A stretch of DNA of 64,000 nt from a virus: positions 6,123 through 70,122 of IMG/VR virus record IMGVR_UViG_3300002920_000062, one strand, 5' to 3'. The notes under the pieces were generated by a model that was given only the letters and a program-made list of their open reading frames with translations, did not search any database and had not been told where the DNA came from. A program made the position numbers and the translations under genes. Shown piece by piece: positions 60,858 through 64,000 of the stretch (positions within the stretch are counted from its first letter, which is position 1; each line of letters begins with the position of its first letter).

Positions 60858-62095
60858 TTTCCATTAGGAGTTTTTATCAAGCGTTTGGACGATAGCTCTG
60901 GCTCAAAAATGCTTAGAAACCCATACACATCATAACTCACACCTGGCCGACACATATCCATTACCATAAAGAAGGGAAGCATCCTTATATCTTTCATTCT
61001 GTCGTAAGTGCTGCTGTCCCACAATGAATTGCTATCAAGCTTTTGTAAGAACTTGATTGCTCTGTCATAGATAGGGCCGATGAACTCTTTATAAGTTAAT
61101 CCTGAGTCTTCAACTCTCTCCCAATCTATTTCTCCGTCGTCATCAACAAAACCTTCACGTTCTAAGAACTTCAAGTATTTCTCATCTTTGTACTGGTAAG
61201 TTTCAAGCTTGGTACTTACATAGTCAATGATATACTGCTTAACCATTTCAAATAGCTGGTCTACTTCAGAGGCAAGAATTAATTCTAAACTATATTGAAA
61301 CTCTGGTTGTATATTAATAAAGAAATCATATAGTCCTGGAAATCTTTTCCTTAATAAGTAGCCAAGTGACACTGGTTCATCATGCTCGTCCATATAACTA
61401 TTGGTTTCAAATTGAAGTTGATACTTTTCCCCATTATGCTGAGGTATCTTTGGTATCAAGATATAAAGTGGTCCTTCTTTATTGTAGTCGTCAAAATAGT
61501 TGTGGCTATGGACCGCCGCGGTACACCATCTTGTGTTTTTGCCATACTTACATGCCGCTGCTTTGTTCTCGGGGACAATAACCAAAACTTCTTCGTTATC
61601 AAACACCTTTTTAGCTTGTGGCTTTTCAGTTTCGTCTTCTTCTGTGCCAAATATCTCATCCAAATCATAATTATTAAACATTACATCTTCAAATTCTTGG
61701 TATGTTTTAAAGCGGTTAATGTCCCTGTGTTCTGGTTTTATAAGTTTTCGCTTTTTACCTATTTCATACATACCAATTAAATTATGCCTGTTTAAGTCTT
61801 CATACTTGACACCTCCCCTAGAATACATTCTCACTAACCAGGGAACGTATTGTTTATTAGAGGTAGGATCTTTTTCTTCAATTTCTGCCACTACAATTTC
61901 TATCAAGTTTGCAATTTTATCGTCTGGAATTTTGTCGCTAGTTTTATTCACATGAACTAAAATTTCCTGGACGTCTAACAAGCTCTTAGGTAACGCCACT
62001 GAATTATCATTTTTTACTACATCCAATATCTTAGGACTGGTCCGCTTTAACATGATATTCCTGTTATATTCTACCAAAAACTCATAAAATCTCAT
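60839..62095 (-). CDS. Putative internal head protein, PcfJ-like core (paralogue B)
   Basis: MRFYEFLVE; central region nearly identical to paralogue A. Confidence 0.75.
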   Translation of the reverse strand: MRFYEFLVEYNRNIMLKRTSPKILDVVKNDNSVALPKSLLDVQEILVHVNKTSDKIPDDKIANLIEIVVAEIEEKDPTSNKQYVPWLVRMYSRGGVKYEDLNRHNLIGMYEIGKKRKLIKPEHRDINRFKTYQEFEDVMFNNYDLDEIFGTEEDETEKPQAKKVFDNEEVLVIVPENKAAACKYGKNTRWCTAAVHSHNYFDDYNKEGPLYILIPKIPQHNGEKYQLQFETNSYMDEHDEPVSLGYLLRKRFPGLYDFFINIQPEFQYSLELILASEVDQLFEMVKQYIIDYVSTKLETYQYKDEKYLKFLEREGFVDDDGEIDWERVEDSGLTYKEFIGPIYDRAIKFLQKLDSNSLWDSSTYDRMKDIRMLPFFMVMDMCRPGVSYDVYGFLSIFEPELSSKRLIKTPNGKWKIIN

Positions 62096-62096
62096 G

Positions 62097-62531
62097 TTAT
62101 GCTCCAGGAAGTATTAATGAGGAGATTTCTACAGCAAGAGGGGCGTTAATTAATGGTGTGATTTGCAGTCTTACATTACCCCCATTAACATCCATATTGT
62201 ATCGGTTCAGAGGACTACCATTAAAGACTGTGTTAGAGCCTACAAAAATTACATCCGTGTTGTCACTGTTAAGGTGTGCTGAAATATTTATTGTCTGAGA
62301 TTGATTGTTGCTAGAAGTCTTTACAATAAAAGTTCCCTGCCCAAAATTGGTTACAGGGAACTCAAAAACAGTTTGGTTGGGAGAGGTGCCTGTCGTGTTA
62401 GCAGTGGTTATTTTTGATGTTACCGTAAATAAGTTAGAGAAATTTTCATTGACTTTGGTGAATGCTACTCTAATTGGATCACCAGTGCCGTCATTTGGTA
62501 AATCACCGACATTGATTATCTGCTGTGTCAT
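62097..62531 (-). CDS. Virion structural protein (baseplate/tail-associated)
   Basis: QQIINVG..NDGTGDPIRVAFTKVNENF motif of T4 gp9/gp10-like N-termini. Confidence 0.8.
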   Translation of the reverse strand: MTQQIINVGDLPNDGTGDPIRVAFTKVNENFSNLFTVTSKITTANTTGTSPNQTVFEFPVTNFGQGTFIVKTSSNNQSQTINISAHLNSDNTDVIFVGSNTVFNGSPLNRYNMDVNGGNVRLQITPLINAPLAVEISSLILPGA

Positions 62532-62582
62532 ATGTTAAGTCCTAATAATATACTATTTATCACTAAAACTTATTTGGACAAG

Positions 62583-62894
62583 TTACTTAGCTATTTTCTC
62601 ATTCTGTGCATTATAATCAATTGCTAGTTGACGGCATTTTTTATACATTTGCACCGAAGTGTCTAGCTTATTTTCCGAGGTTTTTAGACGAGTAGTTAGC
62701 TTTATTATTTCAAGAACCAGTCCCTCCATTGTAGGGTCTGTGATATCTTCAAGTGGCGGTAGTTTTTCTGTTACTTCAATTGGAAGTTCTTCGCATACTG
62801 GTGCTTTTGACACAGGTTGAACTGGCTCATGTTGAGCACATGCTAATAATAATAACAATGGTGCTAATAAAAAAATATTCTTATTCATTGCCAA
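62583..62894 (-). CDS. o-spanin (Rz1-like lipoprotein)
   Basis: LLLAC lipobox, Pro-rich; overlaps i-spanin. Confidence 0.7.
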   Translation of the reverse strand: MAMNKNIFLLAPLLLLLACAQHEPVQPVSKAPVCEELPIEVTEKLPPLEDITDPTMEGLVLEIIKLTTRLKTSENKLDTSVQMYKKCRQLAIDYNAQNEKIAK

Positions 62895-63246
62895 CTCTCC
62901 TCAACGCATTTAGCTCGTCTAATACTTCTGCATCTACCTTACATTCTCGGTAGATTGGCTTCTCTTGGATGATGGTTTTAATGACTGTCTCGGTTCTTAC
63001 TGCTTGATCGGTGACTTCAGTGTTCTTTGCATTTAAGGCCATAGCAAGTTCTTTCTTGGTGTTAGCCAATGAAGTCTCAAGTTGACTTGCGCGAGCATTT
63101 GCCTGCTCTAAATCAAGCTTGTATTGAAGCTCAATTTTTTCTCTAGTCTCCTCACGCACCTTTTCAAGTTGTTTGTTATACCAAAAAATAGCGCTAATGA
63201 TTAAGCCGATACCTGCTATACCAGCTGCTATATATATCTTCCACAT
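62881..63246 (-). CDS. i-spanin (Rz-like)
   Basis: N-terminal TM, coiled coil, C-terminal Cys. Confidence 0.7.
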   Translation of the reverse strand: MWKIYIAAGIAGIGLIISAIFWYNKQLEKVREETREKIELQYKLDLEQANARASQLETSLANTKKELAMALNAKNTEVTDQAVRTETVIKTIIQEKPIYRECKVDAEVLDELNALRRVGNE

Positions 63247-63270
63247 ATACTTATCCTTTGATATTATTTA

Positions 63271-63474
63271 TCAGTCGATAATGATATTGTGCTTTTCAAA
63301 TATGGGCATGATAACGTTTTCAAAAATCTGCTTCATACTATTGTGTAAGGTTTCTCTTTCATCCTTAGTCATCCCAGGAGTCAAAGTATACATCCTATCA
63401 TCTTCACTAATTTCTAAATCATAATCATTCCGGAAAGTTTTGCACATATGGTCGATGATTTCAGCTTTATTCAT
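63271..63474 (-). CDS. Small hypothetical protein
   Basis: 67-aa ORF. Confidence 0.6.
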   Translation of the reverse strand: MNKAEIIDHMCKTFRNDYDLEISEDDRMYTLTPGMTKDERETLHNSMKQIFENVIMPIFEKHNIIID

Positions 63475-63645
63475 ATCTAAGTTTCCAATATAATTATCCT
63501 TTTGTGGTTAATTCTGTATAAATGATGTTATTTTTTATGACTTCTTTATATATTTAAACTTTCAATAATCTATTTTTTGCCTGTTTCTACCCGCTCGTCG
63601 ACTATTTTCCCCTCATTAGTAAACTACCAGATTAGAATTTTGACA

Positions 63646-64000
63646 TTATACTGCCATTTCTGCTTTAATTATACCATGACATTGGTAATTTTCAAGCTTG
63701 ATATCACTCATAGTAAATTTGTCTATGTCCTTGATATTTGTATTTAACCAAAGCTTGGGTAGTGGAAATTCAGTTCTTGATAACTGCTCTTTGACTTGAT
63801 CTACATGATTGGTATAGATATGAGTATCACCAAACGATAACACAAGCTCACCAACATCCAAATCACATACTTGAGCAATCATGTGAGTTAATAGAGCATA
63901 GCTGGCAATGTTGAACGGAACACCCAAGAAACAATCCGCACTTCTTTGATACATGTGACAACTAAGTTTACCGTCATTAGAAACATAATATTGACTCATG
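63646..64000 (-). CDS. thyA: Thymidylate synthase (C-terminal part)
   Basis: [29 protein letters not shown] end. Confidence 0.96.
   Translation of the reverse strand, partial: MSQYYVSNDGKLSCHMYQRSADCFLGVPFNIASYALLTHMIAQVCDLDVGELVLSFGDTHIYTNHVDQVKEQLSRTEFPLPKLWLNTNIKDIDKFTMSDIKLENYQCHGIIKAEMAV

Noticed and set aside
58228-62095. Diversity-generating retroelement TR/VR pair
   Set aside because: No reverse transcriptase; differences are not adenine-specific; both copies are full paralogues
396-63424. Most plus-strand ORFs in the track
   Set aside because: Antisense shadows of minus-strand genes with no motifs or RBS; only 6663, 19855, 41697 and the 27679 and 28791 relics are supported
1-64000. 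Stop-codon reassignment
   Set aside because: Long conserved genes are intact in code 11; broken genes show mixed TAA, TAG and frameshifts; no suppressor tRNA found

Overview
64-kb segment of an AT-rich, T4-superfamily jumbo phage genome, almost all coded on the minus strand. The host is probably an alphaproteobacterium (inferred from a captured cysS fragment and GCTATA-type -10 boxes). The right part (~42-64 kb) holds core genes: ClpS, Hsp20, DNA ligase, UvsY, UvsX, gp32, an intein-containing terminase large subunit, spanins, thymidylate synthase and putative internal head proteins. The left ~35 kb is an accessory translation/RNA-repair region: about 18 tRNA or tRNA-like genes (several with atypical cloverleaves), TilS, RtcB, YqeY, an ArfA-like small ORF, HAD and cyclic-phosphate-receiver proteins, decayed pth2 and cysS, and several unannotated structured RNAs. 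Best novel candidates: (1) a 43-codon leader peptide containing all 20 amino acids, whose stop codon lies in an antiterminator helix overlapping a terminator at the head of the tRNA array (a putative general tRNA-depletion attenuator); (2) a virion-targeted ADP-ribosyltransferase-like domain fused to 14 KOW/SH3 repeats, next to an ADP-ribosylglycohydrolase; (3) a coiled-coil gene followed by a ~215-nt closed structured RNA. All calls come from reading the sequence; no searches or folding programs were run.
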